This document shows, one piece after another, positions 39,118-52,400 of a DNA stretch of 64,000 nucleotides. Positions within the stretch are counted from its first letter, which is position 1. Each line of letters starts with the position of its first letter. Source of the DNA: Azolla caroliniana (taxonomy: Eukaryota; Plantae; Polypodiophyta); NCBI GenBank assembly GCA_043228905.1, contig JBHGNT010000021.1:10106001-10170000 (forward strand), in the 5' to 3' direction. Both the position numbers and the translations under genes were made by a program. Under the pieces are notes generated by a model that ran no database searches, was not told where the DNA came from, and saw only the letters and a program-made list of their open reading frames with translations.

Positions 39118-40473
39118 ACGGCACTACATCCTCAACTTGTTATACAAGTTTGGGATGGCTGAGTGCAAATCCGTGGCAACCCCGCTCGATCGTAATCTCA
39201 AACTAGATGCGAACTCCGGCACCAAAGCATGTGAGCCGACTCACTATCGGCAACTCATCGGGAGTCTCATCTACCTCACGATCACTCGACCCGATCTCAG
39301 TTATCCGATCGGTCTCCTTAGCCAATTCATGCAAACACCGCGTGATACTCACTTGGATTGCGCTAAGCGAGTTCTACGATACGTGAGCAGCACAATGGAT
39401 TGCGGCATCCTCTACAAGACCGCGATGCCAATACGACTCGAGGGGTACACCGACGCCGATTGCGCCGGCTACAAAGCCGATAGAAGATCAACCTCCGGAT
39501 TTGTTTTCTCCCTCGGCAACGGAGCAATATCCTGGAGTAGCAAGAAGGAGCCTACCGTCGCTCTTTCGAGTACGGAGGCAGAATATAGGGGCGCAATTGT
39601 AGCTGCATGTGAAGCTGTATGGCTTAAGAGGATTTTGAAGGATTTGGGCGTTCCCATCAAGGATCCGACTCCCCTTTACTGCGACAACATGAGCAGTATT
39701 TATCTGGCTCGGAACCCGGTGTTCCACGTGCGGACAAAGCACATCGAAGTGTACTATCACTTCATCCGAGAGCGTGTTCTAGCTGGTGATGTCGACCTAC
39801 AACACATTAGCACCAATCTTCAAACGGCTGACATCTTCACTAAAGCCTTAGGAGCCGACAAGCTATGGCAATTCATGACCGATCTTGGATTGACGATCCC
39901 TGACCTGCCAAGCTTGAGGGGGAGTACTGAAGACACTACGCAATAACGCGTAGATTCCGCAACCACGCAACAAAGCCACGAAGAAAGACACAAGCCGAAG
40001 CACAGACTTCGCAACTACGCACGCAAGCTGAAGCACTGACTTCGTAACTACGCACAACGCAAGCTGGAGCACGGATTCCGCAACTCCGCATACATGCGAG
40101 TCGACACGAGTTGACGCGGACTCCAGAACATGAGTTGAAGCGGATTTCGGATACAGTCTGAAACCGACCCGACTTGAGCTTGAGGGGGCGTGTTGAGAAT
40201 CAAGCTCAACTTGGTCTAGTGTGTGAACTCACCTTGAGAGTGAAGAGACACTCCAACGGTCAAGAGTCACCATTATGTCACCACTTTGTATTCTAGCATT
40301 TAGTATGAGTCATAGAATCATATTCTATGACACATAACTTATGAGCTTTCACATTCCCCATGCTCCATGAGCTTTGTAGTTAATGAAGAGAGAGGGTGAC
40401 TACATAAAGCACCCTCCTCCCACCTTGTATAGTGTTAAGTCTTTCTCCTTTGTCAATATACGTTTACCTTGCG

Positions 40474-40525
<52 letters not shown>

Positions 40526-41068
40526 CACACACATAACTCACATCTCTTCCGCTTCACAAGAATCCATCTCTTGATTCTTTACAAGTGCGCAATACGGTGC
40601 GTAACCTAGTGCGTAGACTGGGTGCGTAAAATAGTACGCATAACGTGGCCGTATCGGTGCGTAAACCGGAAGGCCGTTAGTATGGTATTCCTTGTAAGGA
40701 ATAATTTTGGGATTTAGTGTAGTAGGGTCATTTATGAGCATTCAAGTACTGTCAGTACTTGTGTCAGCCCGATAGTCAGGGCTTGTATAAAAGGTGCTCA
40801 CTGAGCACGGTGTATGTACAGAGAAGTATTATTTTGAAATAGATTTGAGCGTTTTGCTCTGTCTCTGTCTCTCCCTCTTTATATCTCCATCTCTGCGTTT
40901 TTCTATGTTTTACCTGTCTTATTCCTCCGAAATTGTATACTCTGTGTTTACGCACACGCTTCCACATCACGTATTCTTTTACATGGTATCAGAGCGCGAG
41001 GGTTGAAGTCCTCTGCAGCCGAAACAAAGTTGAAGTTGCTCACTTTCGAAGAAGAAAAAGACAATACT

Positions 41069-44000
41069 ATGGACAGAGGAATGGGAAGCTCACTTTCGAC
41101 TGAAAAGGTTGACAGGAGCAACTACGCATCTTGGTCTTACCAGATGCACCAGTACCTGCTCAACCATGGCTATTAGAGTTATGTTGAAGGAGCAAACGAT
41201 GTGGCACTCAACTCGACACACAGGGACTATCCGGCTTGGGAACAAGCGGCAAGCAGAGTGTTGTACTGCTTCGCGTCCTGTGTGAGTGATCAGCTTTTGA
41301 GCTATATTCGTGATGCCAAGATGCCGAAGGTCGCCTGGGCGAATCTCAAAAGGATTTTCTCTGATAACACAATGGCCAGAAAGCTGCAGCTCAGATAGGA
41401 GCTCAACAATGTACGACAGAGAGATATGTCTGTGGTTGATTACACCACCAGGATCAAAGAAATCTGCGACTCTCTCACCTCCGTCAACATGAACGTCGAG
41501 GAAGATGAAATGGTGCAGGTTTGTCTTGGTGGCTTGGCGTCAAAGTTCGAACCTTTCCAAACGGCAGTCTATACGCGGGAGATTACACCTTCATTTTTCG
41601 AGCTTCAGTCAATGTTGCTCGTAGAAGAAAACCACGCGGGTGCGTCGACGAGTGCGCACGCCGATGGCAAGATGCTTTACACGGAGGATGACAGGCCCCG
41701 TGGTCGTGGTGGACAAGGTGGATCGGCGTGCAATGGAGGCGGCCGAAAAGAACAGAATGTACGGCATAATCAAGATGCCGATAGAAATTCCAAACCATCC
41801 ACAAGTAGGGGGAATCATGGTGGCGCTGGAAGACGGCAAAAGAAGACCGCGCCGGATTGCTGGTACTGTGGCAAGAAAGGCCACAAGGAGAGTCAGTGCT
41901 AGAAAAAGCGAGCCGATTCGTACAAAGCCGGATCGAGCCGAAGAGACATAGAGAGGCGTTAGAGATCGCACTACGCAGAAAGCTCTGAACGAGCCGGAAA
42001 CAAATCAGGCCCAGCCTTCGTAATGAAGCATAAGGCCAATTTTATGGCCGTGAACACCTTGAAATCAAGCGAGGTGTGGTATGTTGATTCCGGAGCATCA
42101 AATCATATGACGAGTCACGAGGAATGGTTCTCGTACTTGGAGAAGCCAGAATCACGAGGAGTGGTCGAAACCGGTGACGACACTCCGCATACCATCGAAC
42201 ATGTCAATGAAGTCCCCCTCAGCCACGTTTGGCAGAAAGGGAAGCTTATGAACGTGTTGCACGTCCCGACAATAACGAAGAACTTTGTGTCGGTCGATCA
42301 AATCGTCGACCAAGGTATGCAAGTTCGATTCACGCACCTTGGCTGCTTCATAGAAGAGGAAGGCAAAGTGATCGCGCAAGGGCGCCGTGAAGGGAGGATG
42401 TTTATCCTGGACACTAATCAAGCCAGAATTGCGTTGTACGCGAAAGGACAAAGGGTCGAATCGGATATCGACCTGTGGCACAAGCGGTTCAGCCACATAA
42501 ATTTCCCACAACTTTGTGAAATGCAGACGAAGAACTATGTTTTCGAGTTGCCGAAATTTCGTGGCCGGAATGGCCAAGTCTGCGAAGCCTGTCAGATGGG
42601 AAAACAACACCGACTTCCATTCCCCAATGAGTGTAATCGTACTAGAAGTCCGCTGGATTTGATCCACTTGGATCTGTGGGGTCCGGCATAGAACTTAAGT
42701 CTCAGTGGAAGACGTTACTTTGTAACCTTCATCGATGACTTCACTCCGCACAGGTGGGCATGCATGATTGAAAAGAAGAGTGAAGTCTTCGCATGTTTCC
42801 TGAAGGTGCCTTGTGGAAAGGGAAACAGGGCGTAAGATCAAATGCCTACGGTCCGATGGCGGGAAGGAGTACTTCTCCGACCAGTTCACATGCTATCTAC
42901 GGAAGGAGGGAATTCGATGCGAATTCTCATATAGATATACAACGGAGCAGAACGGCGTAGCCGAGCTGAAGAATCGGACGATTGAAGAAGCAGCCCAGGC
43001 AATGCTTGAAGAGAAGCATATGCCGAAATTCTATTCGGCCGAAGCCGTGAAGACGGCTGTCTACCTGCAAAATCGGACTTCTGCTAATGGAGGAATGTCG
43101 CCACATGAGCTGTATTTCGGAAAGAAACCGAATTTGGCACACTTGAGGATTTTTGGTAGCATTGCATATGTGCATGTGCCGAAGGAAAAGAGGAGGAAGT
43201 TGGACGCCAAAGCCGAAAAGTGCATCTTAGTTAGCTATCCAGATGAACAAAAGGGAAGGGGTATAAATGTTATAATCCCCGAACAAAGGAAGTACGCGTA
43301 AGTTGAGATGTTGTGTTCGACGAATCCGCTTCGTGGTACTTGCCTTCACCTCTAGTACCTCAAGACTCCATTCCAATTTCTGAAGAAGAAATCAACGAGA
43401 CTGAAATGCCTCCGCATGATGAGGACGTCGGAGCTCTGAGAGAGAGTCTGATCTCATTTCGGCTAAGTGGGCCGAATGAGGGGTTGGGCCGAGATGGCCA
43501 ACCAGATGATGAGACGACAAGTAGTGGAGACTCAGCCATGATGTCCCCGCGTAAAGAACCGAGGAGACAGTTTACGTGCAAGGAGAAGGGGAAGAAGAAG
43601 ACGCCGGAATACGATTTCGGTAGTGCCAAGTCATTTCAAAGCGGTCGAGAAGGAACCTCCACAGAAGAGGTCGAAATTGACCGAAAAGGTCACGAAATCG
43701 GGTAATCACGAATTACGCTGATCCACCCGCCAGAAGAACCTCGTAAGGAGATACGGGTATAATGAGTACATGGCGCACCATTATGCGTACATGACGCGAG
43801 TGGCGGAAGTGTGTGAGCCGGAGAGCTACGCAGAAGCGGCAAGGGACGCAAATTGGCGTGCCGCAATGGAGGAAGAGATGTGTGCCTTAACGCAGAACGA
43901 GACATGGGACGTGGTTGACGCATCGAAGGGTGTGAAGCCGATCGGATGTTGGTGGTTGTATAAAGTGAAATACAACACCAACGGCTCAGTCAACCGATAC

Positions 44001-45347
44001 AAGGCCCGGTTAGTAGCGAAAGGCTACGCACAGAAGCACAGTGTGGACTATGACGAGACCGTCGCGCCTGTCACGAAGATGACAACCATGTGAGTCCTGC
44101 TAGTAGTAGCAGCAGCAAAGGGGTGGCACTTACATCAGATGGATGTAAAGAACGCGTTCCTACAAGGTGATCTTGAGGAGCAAGTGTACATGGTACAACC
44201 CCCCGAATTTCTATCCGAACGAAACACCTTGGCGGTTTGCCAATTGAAGAAGTCCTTATACGGACTAAAGCAAGCCCCACGAGCTTGGAACGCAAAGATT
44301 ATGCAACAGTTGCGTAGGATGGGGTTTGTGCCTTCGAAGTCGGACTCTTCTCTATTTGTTTGGCAAGGTCAACACAGACCAGTTAGTCTCCTATTATATG
44401 TTGATGATTTAGTCATCACCGATGCCGACCTAGACGAAATCCACCACATGAAGTCTCAACTTGCGTCATCGTTTGAAATGAAGGATCTCGGAGACCTTCA
44501 TTACTTCCTCGGGATCGAAGTGATCCGTACCCCCAAAGGCATATTGATTAGCCAACGTCATTACGCACTGAATATGCTCTTCAAGTTCGGGATGGCAAAC
44601 TGTAAACCCATCTCGACCCCTTTGGATAGAAACGCAAAGCTTCGTCGAGATTTTGGAAAGGTATGCAACCCGACACGGTTCCGATAGATTGTCAGAAGCC
44701 TTATCTATCTGACGATTACTTGGCCGGATCTTAGTTATCCAATCGGCCTAATCAGTCAATTCATGTCACAGCCTACGGCCAAACACTTTTAGTGTGCGCA
44801 ACGAATATTGCAATATGTCAGCGGCACGAAAGACATGGCGTTGCTATATCGAGCAGGCATAGTCGAACAGTTAGTCGGCTACACGGATGCCGATTGGGCC
44901 GGAAACGCCCACGATCATAAATCCACATGCGGATACGCCTTCTCGTTAGGAAGTGTGGCGATCGCGTGGAGCAGTACAAAGCAGCCGATAGTAGCACTGT
45001 CGAGCACGGAGGCCGAGTATCGAGGGGCGACTGTCGCTACGTGCGAAGTCATTTGGCTGAAACGGCTATTACGGGATCTGCAGGTAGAGGTGTCTGATCC
45101 GACGACGATCTATTGCGACAACCTCAGGAGTATCCATCTTGCGAAGAACCCTGTGTTCCACGCCCAGACCAAGCACATTGAGGTGCATTACCATTTTGTC
45201 CACGAGCGGGTCCTTTCAGGAGAAGTCGAATTGGTGCATGTTTCGACAAATCGGCAGATTCCCGACATCTTCACAAAGCCTCTTGGTCTCGACAAGTTGC
45301 AGCATCGGGTGCGCTTGGGTTGCGTCACCTCGATATGCCGAACTTGA
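41069..45347 (+). pseudogene. Copia B gag-pol (CCHC, PR, INT, RT, RH) with stops and frameshifts
   Basis: CWYCGKKGHKESQC, WYVDSGASNHM, RSDGGKEY, LLYVDD and YTDADWAG motifs in copia order. Confidence 0.92.
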
Positions 45348-48300
45348 GGGGGAGAGAGGAAGATCAAGGACCAGAGCGTGAAAGGAGCGGAGGTAAGCAT
45401 CACGGCGGAAGTGACCGAGATGCGAAGTCAGATGGATAATTTGACTTCAAACAGGCTAAAGAAGCCGAAGATGGAAGCAAGGGTCGTAAGCATAAGAAGG
45501 AGCCAAGGACAGCCAAAACAGGGAGAGATAAGGCCAAGACTAAGACGTGGTCAGATGTTGTCAGGGGCCTGAAGATTGAGGACGAATTGGAAACAGCCAA
45601 TTCAGATGAGAGTGGAATTGAATCGGAAACGTTCGATTCAATCGGAATGTTCGATTTGGATACACCGAATCAACTAAAGGCCATGCAGAGAAAAGGGCAA
45701 CGAAGGACGCGCCGACACCGCAACAGCAAGGGAGCTGAGAAGGGCTGAACGAGCAGACAAGCCGACCGAAAGGGTCGAAGCGCGCGGAATCGAACGGGTC
45801 GAGGAGCGCGAACGAGGCGTGAAGCCAAAAGAAACCGGAGCGTAGATCCGGAAGAACGGACGGAACCTCAAGTTGAGCTTGAGGGGGAGTGTTGAGTGAC
45901 AAGCTCAACATTGAGTGCGTAATACGGTGCGTAACCCAGTGTGTAGATTGGGAGTTAGTGTAGTAGGCTCATTTATGAGCATTCAAATACTGTCAGCCCG
46001 ATAGTCAGGGCTTGTATAAAAGGTGCTCACTGAGGACGGTGTATGTACAAAAAAGTATTATTTTGAAATAGATTTGAGTGTTCTGCTCTGTCTCTGTCTC
46101 TCCATCTCTGCGTTTTTCTGTGTTTTACCTAACTGTGTTATTCCTCCAAAACTATATACTCTGTGTTTACACACACGCTTCCGCATCACGTATTCTTTTA
46201 CACTCTTTTAACAACGCCATCACCGAAATATTCTTGTCCTCTTTGTCCACCCAATTCAGGAAACTCCTCCGTGATGCTCGGATTGTATCACCACACATGT
46301 ATTCATTTAATAAAGCTTGCTCAAATGCAACTCAGTCATTAGAACTTGTTGCGAATTCAGAGACTCTATTTCTCAATGGGAATTCAACCATCCTCACAAA
46401 ATTCATTTGAACATAATGTTGGTTTAACCCATTACTACCCATCTCAGTAACATATACTTGTAAGAACTTAGATATATTTTTACCTTCAAAGAGACCTATT
46501 TTCTCTACAAGCTTGTCAATAGCATGATCGATTCGTTGAAGAGCAGTTGCATGTTCTTGGCTTTGCATCATTCTTTCAATCATTTGCAGCACCACATTGG
46601 TTTGTTGCTCCACAACGGCTTCTTGGATTATTTGTGGCTCCGGGACTGCTTGTTTGTTCTCCATCTCTCTTAACTCCCCTGGTTCATGTCGGGTTCTCCA
46701 CTGTGATGTTGATCATGGCGTAAGCGTGCAACAGCAAAAGAAAATGTGAATCTGGTCTAAGTAAGCATCGGGCTTCTTGTCAAAGAAAGAGGAGAAACGA
46801 AAGTAGCTTGTATTGATATTTCTAAGATGATTACAATAGTAGTTCTTGCTTATCTCATTACAATAGTATTTGACATCTACTATTATTCCCCCCCTTGATA
46901 AGGTTATTCTTCCCCTTTTTATAGATGAGGAAGGTGGGTGCATGAATGCCAAGTGTCACCCATGCATGAAAAAGTGGGTGCATGAATGGCAAGTGTTACC
47001 CATGTATTAGGAAGGTGGATGCATGAGTGTCAAGTTTCACCCAAGCATAAGAGGCACCTACATTAGTGGGTAATAGCTTTAATAGTTAAACCACTTGATA
47101 AAAACGTACTTTGAATAAGTATTTAACTTAATAAGTGGGTAATAGCTTTAATAGCTCTAATAGCTCTAATAGATCTAATTGCTATAATAACTTTAATAGC
47201 TCAAATAGTTATAATAGCTTTAATAACTCAAATAGCTTTAATGTTCTAATAGCTCTAATAGCTTTAATAGCTAAAATAACTAATAGTGATAATAACAAGT
47301 GTGTTGATAATAAGTATTTCGTTTTAAAATATTTTCAAACTCGATATTATGTTTTATCGTAGATTTAACTAGCTATTATCATCCTACAGTGAGTGTTCTT
47401 ATCAAGTTATTAGGTATCACTTAGCTAAACAACCATTTACAAATATTTGCATTAGTTCATATAATTTCGTAGAGGTTATTTTCACATCATGGCACGAAAA
47501 CGTCACGACACCGATCGGAGTGATCAATCAGTTTATGTAGAAGCCATCGGCGGAGCACCTTTAGGTTGCGCACCGAATAAAGAGGTATGTCAGTGGCACT
47601 AAGGACCAGGGACTGTTATACCGACGTGGTATAACCGAGAAGCTAGTCGGATATACCAATGCCGACTGGGCCGGAGATGCGTCGGATCGACGGTCCACAT
47701 TCGGATTCATGTTTTCTCTAGGTAGCGTAGTGGTTGCATGGAGCAACAAGAATCAGCCGACAATGTCTCTTTCGAGCACTGAGGCTAAGTATCAGGATGC
47801 TACCATAGCCACCTATGAAGCCATATGGCTTCGGCGGTTGCTGCAAGACCTCTGATCCCGATCTACTGCGACAACATGAGCAGCATGTAGCTAGATAAGA
47901 ACCCTATGTTCCATGCTCGGATGAAGCACATAGAAGTGTATTATCACTTTGTGCGTGAGTGGGTCCACAATGGTGAAGTAGAACTCCGGTATGTGCGGAC
48001 AGATTGGCAGGTTGCCGACATCTTCACCAAGGCCCTTGGAACCGACAAGATTTAGCACTTTTCGGAGCTGCTTTGTCTTCAACATCTCGACATGCCGCAC
48101 TTGAGGATGACAACCGGTACGGATACGGGGAGAAGCAGAAATAGAATGGAAACCGGAGAGAAAACAAGTGATGGCACCATACAAAGAGTCAGAGAGATAG
48201 GGGGAGAAAACAAGAAGAAAAAGGGATCTGAGTCAACTGAAGAAGTCAGCACATCCGATAACATCGGAACAAGCGGCGACAGTAGTTGTGTCAAGAAAGG

Positions 48301-49190
48301 CAGAGCTTACCGGAAGGAGAAGGCCAAGACCTGGACGTGGTCTGAAGTGGTGAAGGGCCTGGAGGTTGAAGAAGAATTGGAGACAGCCAATTCGGACAAG
48401 AGTTGGAATGAATCGGATGCACCCAATTTGGAAGAGGAGTTCAATTCAAAGAAGCCGAATCAACTAAAGGTGAAACGAACGAGAAGGCAGCTGAAGTTGA
48501 CAACGACACGGAGGAACCGACGGGTCGAGTAGTGTCGAAGTCCCAACAACAAAGGAGCTGAGATGGGCCTTATGAGAAGACAAGCTGACCGAGAAGGTCG
48601 AGGTGCGCAGAACTGGATGGGTCATGGAAAGCATAACCGGACGGATCGAGGAGTGCGACTAAGGCAAGAGGACGACATGAGGAGCCAGAGGAGAGGATCG
48701 GCTACCACTGACACTAACACCACGATCCAACATCAAGTTGAGCTTGAGGGGGAGTGTTGAGCAGACAAGTTCAACCGGATCTGGATCGATTGAATAAGCC
48801 TAAGCCGAATCAGTATCCGGAACGAAGAACCGGATAAGTGTTTGAATCGGTATCCAAAACCAAGAGCCAGATCAGGGAGCTAGATCATATTGTAACCGAT
48901 AAGTCGTTAGAGTTCTACAATCTTAGCCTAGTATGTAGGCCTATTCCTGGGAGTTAGTGACAGTCGCTCGTATGAGCATTGAAGTACTTGTCAGTTCTTT
49001 ATGGGCTTGTACAAAAGTGCTCATTGAGCAATTGTATGTATAGAGTGTTGTTATTTTGAATTGAATTTATGCTTTCTGCTCTCTTTGTCTCTCCTGTGTG
49101 TATCCAAAGCTTCCATTAAACCTTTCTCTGTTTTTTTGTTGCTGACCGGATAAACTGGTTTGTCAAAACTTCTCCACATTAACTTTGACA

Positions 49191-49335
49191 AGGGCCATCA
49201 AATTGGCAGAGCAGAAACTACGTCGATCTACCCTCCAGAAGCACCCGGTAGTTCGGTATGGATATCATGAGTATATGGCACATCATTATGCGTACATGGC
49301 GAAGGTGGCAGTCGTGCATGGGCCGGAGACTATGT
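49191..49335 (+). pseudogene. Copia INT-RT linker fragment (apparent host of copia A)
   Basis: LRRSTLQKHPVVRYGYHEYMAHHYAYMAKVA matches the sequences at 43770 and 37193. Confidence 0.75.
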
Positions 49336-49458
49336 TGTCGCGAAGATGCACATGCATGCTTTAGCTTGAGTGGAACCACCGGGGTCTCGAACCGGAGAGG
49401 ACGTTCGCGAACTTCTCGAAAAGATTTTATGATGTGGATAAGAGTCGAGGAAACCAAT
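49336..49458. mobile_element. Truncated LTR start of the 4-bp-TSD lineage
   Basis: TGTCGCGAAGAT start followed by GGAACCACCGGGG resembles 37982 onward; preceded by ATGT. Confidence 0.55.
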
Positions 49459-52400
49459 TGTGAATGTGAATGTGCGGAAGCGTCAAACTGAACTGGCTCA
49501 GCTGAATAGCAACAGAAAATGAGATGAAGGTTTAATGGAAAAGCTTCAACCACATATGAGACAGAGAGAGCAGAACATCAACCTATATTCAAAAATTAAC
49601 TCTAAAACTCTATAGATACATCGTGCTAAACAACACTATTTAAACAAGTCCATAAAGGACTGACAGAAGTACTGACAGGTACTTCAATGCTCAGATGTGC
49701 AACTGACACTAACTACGAGATAATGATTACCTAGTAGTCTAGACTACTACTAGGCTTCCGGCTCCCACTCGAATCCGACTCCCCGAACCGGCCAGTTGTT
49801 TCCGGATACCATCCGAACACCAATCCGGCTCATCCTTCCAGATGCCAATCCGGCTCAGGCTTATTCAGCTGATCTGGATCCGGTTGAGCTTGCTCGCTCA
49901 ACACTCCCCCTCAAGCTCAACTTGAGGTTGGATCATGGTGTTAGTGTCTGCGGCAACCGGTTCTTCTACACGGTGTCGCGAAGTTTCACGCATGCGCGTA
50001 GGAAGAGGCGGGACCACGGGGTTCTTGGACCAAGGAGAGAGTGAGAGAGAAAGAGAGAGTTGCAGACACACAAAAGGAAAAGAAGATCAAGAAACAGGAA
50101 TCCGATTACTATAAGCAGTAGCTTACCACTCGAACGGTTACAACCGGCAAACCGGTAATGGACCTGACACAGGGTCCTACTCACGCACACAGACGACAGC
50201 CACTCGACTCAAAGAAACAAAAAAAAGGGGGGAGACCTCTACTGGAAGCACACGGGCTGTCCAGAAGCAAAGGCAGCGAACTCCCGACACCCACAGAGAA
50301 CAACGATCGAAGGAGAAGAGAGAGCTCGGCACTCGGTTCTACAACAGCACTTCGTCCTCACCAACGCGTAATCCCCTTTTCTCCCTTTGACAGAGATGCG
50401 CACAAATCCCCTAATAAATGTGTACTACCTAGTATTTACATCAGCCGACCTAATTATGAATCATGTACAAAATATCAATTCTCGCATCCACCCATGTAAG
50501 AGCCGGTTCATGCACCTTTTTCTCTGATTCCGCCTATGGCCGGGTTTTTTCACGACATCCACCTCCACCAAACCGCGCATCCACCGGCATGCACTAGAGA
50601 TGGGTAGATACCGAAGAAAACCGGCTTCACTCGTCGCTCTCCGATTCTTCGTCGGGCCCGAACCGATCGTCATCGTCGCTCTCGCTCGCCAGCTCCGGCT
50701 CGTCTTTGAACCGCTTCTTGAACGATTTGATCCACTTCCCGGCCACCGGTACCGCTAACCGTGTCCCGTCGAGTTCCGCGAGGTGGTACGTGCCGTTGTC
50801 GTTCGCGCTCGTCACCGTGTAGGGCCCGAACCATCTCCTAGCGAACTTTCGCACCGCCTTGTGCTGATTGTCGAGGTTGTAGTCATATACCAAGACCTAG
50901 TCGCCTTCCTCGATCTTCTTTGGTCGCAACCGGTGCGTCCAGTTGAACCGGGTCTTGTTCCACTCTCTTGCCACCCATAGCTTTTCCTTCGCCCGCTTCA
51001 TGTCCTCCGGCCTCCGCTCGAGCTGCCGAATCCACGCCGCCAGCAACTCATCTCGTCCTTCCAATCTACCGCCGCCCACGAAGAAACCGTCTGTTCCACC
51101 GGCATGATCGGCTTCTATCCATACATTAGCTCTGCCGGCATAAACCCTGTCACCGAACTGTGCGTAGTTCGGTCCGCCCATAGTGCGTAAGGAAGGAGCC
51201 GCGCCCAATTCCCGACCTGCCCTCCGCATGCACGCACCAACGCCTTTACGATCGGCCCGTGCCCACGTTCTACCTTCCCGTTCGCCACCGGATTGTAGAC
51301 CATAGTGAGGGAGAGTTTGACCCCTAGCCAGTCGAACAGCTCCTCAGCTTCCCGTGCATACAGCTCTCCCCGGTCCGCCACGTTCTTCCCGACACACTAC
51401 CTCTTCGATCAGGAACCGGCATACCGTCGCGATTGTCTTGTTCTATAGTCCACGGCCTTCCACCTGGTTCATTAAATCTTCTCGCGCAAGCACCAGGTAC
51501 CGCTTCTGTCCTACTCCCATCGACATCGTCACCAAGTCCACCATCCACTTGAAATGGACCGTAGACAGGTAGGTCGGGTGTAGCTTGTCCCGATGTCGGA
51601 CTGCGGAGTGCACCTGACAGTTTTTGCAAGTCGTTACGAACCGATGCACGTCCCGGTACAGCCCCGGCCACCAGTACTTCTTCTTCAGCTTCTCGAATGT
51701 GGCCCACGTTCCGCGGTGCCCGGCCTAGGGACTCTCATGAAATGCCACAGTAATTCCTCCTGTTCTTCTTTCTTTGCCACTACTCGGAGCGGGATACCGT
51801 TTCTTTTCTTTGGGTGCCTCCATATGCACCCGTCTCGTAGGAAGAATCGGTACGCCTTCTTCCGTACCCGGCTCGTCTCTTCTCTCGTCCACGCAGCGTC
51901 CGACGTCATCGCCCGTAGGAACCTCTTGATTTGGAGCCACTCCCCGTCGTACCTGGTTACATCGAATTCGTTAAGCGCCGGAGTGTCCCCTTTCCTCGTC
52001 GTCACATTAGCCGACCCAAAGAAGTCCTCGCCGACTTCTTCGTCATCCGAAACCATGTCGTCTTTGTCGTTGAACCTCGCTCTCGAAAGCATGTCGGCCA
52101 TGGTGTTATCCTTTTCGGAGATGTGTCGTATCTCCGGGTTCAGGGACTTAATGTACGCTATCTGCCGGAGCATTGCTAGATCCGGCGTCACGCATCTGGA
52201 AACCATGCCGAGTATCGGCAGGCAGTCCATCTCGATTATTACCTCCGTCCCGATCAGGTAGTCCCTGTCGGCCTTGACTGCCAAAACGATACCCCATAGT
52301 TCATGATTGACTTGGGCGTATCCTCGTTGCCGCTCGCTCAATACCTTCGCCCCGAACCGGATCGGGAATCGTATGCCGTCCTCATCCTCCTGATTGATCA

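Larger units (their letters stand above)
34500..39946 (+). pseudogene. Copia C gag-pol, interrupted by stops, a frameshift and a solo LTR
   Basis: WFVDSGASNHM, CEACQFGK, RSDGGKEY, ILYVDD and YTDAD motifs; the SQR|HY reading frame is split by the 37982-39117 insertion. Confidence 0.92.
33974..40583 (+). mobile_element. Ty1/copia C inserted in the 5' LTR of copia B
   Basis: LTRs 33974-34340 and 40191-40583 differ by 2 substitutions plus (CT)n length; PBS at 34341; TSD AGTGT/AGTGC. Confidence 0.95.
33945..46202 (+). mobile_element. Ty1/copia B, full length but degenerate
   Basis: TSD CTCTT/CTCTT; 5' LTR 33945-33973 + 40584-40983; PBS at 40984; 3' LTR 45890-46202. Confidence 0.93.
28255..47510 (-). 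mobile_element. Ty3/gypsy G: non-autonomous (gag-protease only), tRNA-Trp PBS, 4-bp TSD
   Basis: LTRs 28255-28986(+32122-32127) and 46702-47510; TSD CCGG/CCGA; PBS reverse complement at 46683-46700 (TGGAGAACCCGACATGAA); PPT reverse complement at 32128-32138; gag start 46664; protease ALIDHGSEINL in ORF 32407-33183. Confidence 0.88.
27832..49190 (+). mobile_element. Ty1/copia A (5'-truncated): RT 27832-28254, RT/RH 47511-48110, 3' LTR 48755-49190; hosts the nest
   Basis: LLYVDDLVI at about 27910; the pol sequence resumes at 47511; PPT GAGGGGGAG directly before TG at 48755. Confidence 0.88.

Noticed and set aside
48092-48532. 146-aa charged ORF after copia A pol as an env-like gene
   Set aside because: Purine-rich 3' UTR, no transmembrane segment, and the frame is not preserved in the homologous region of copia B.
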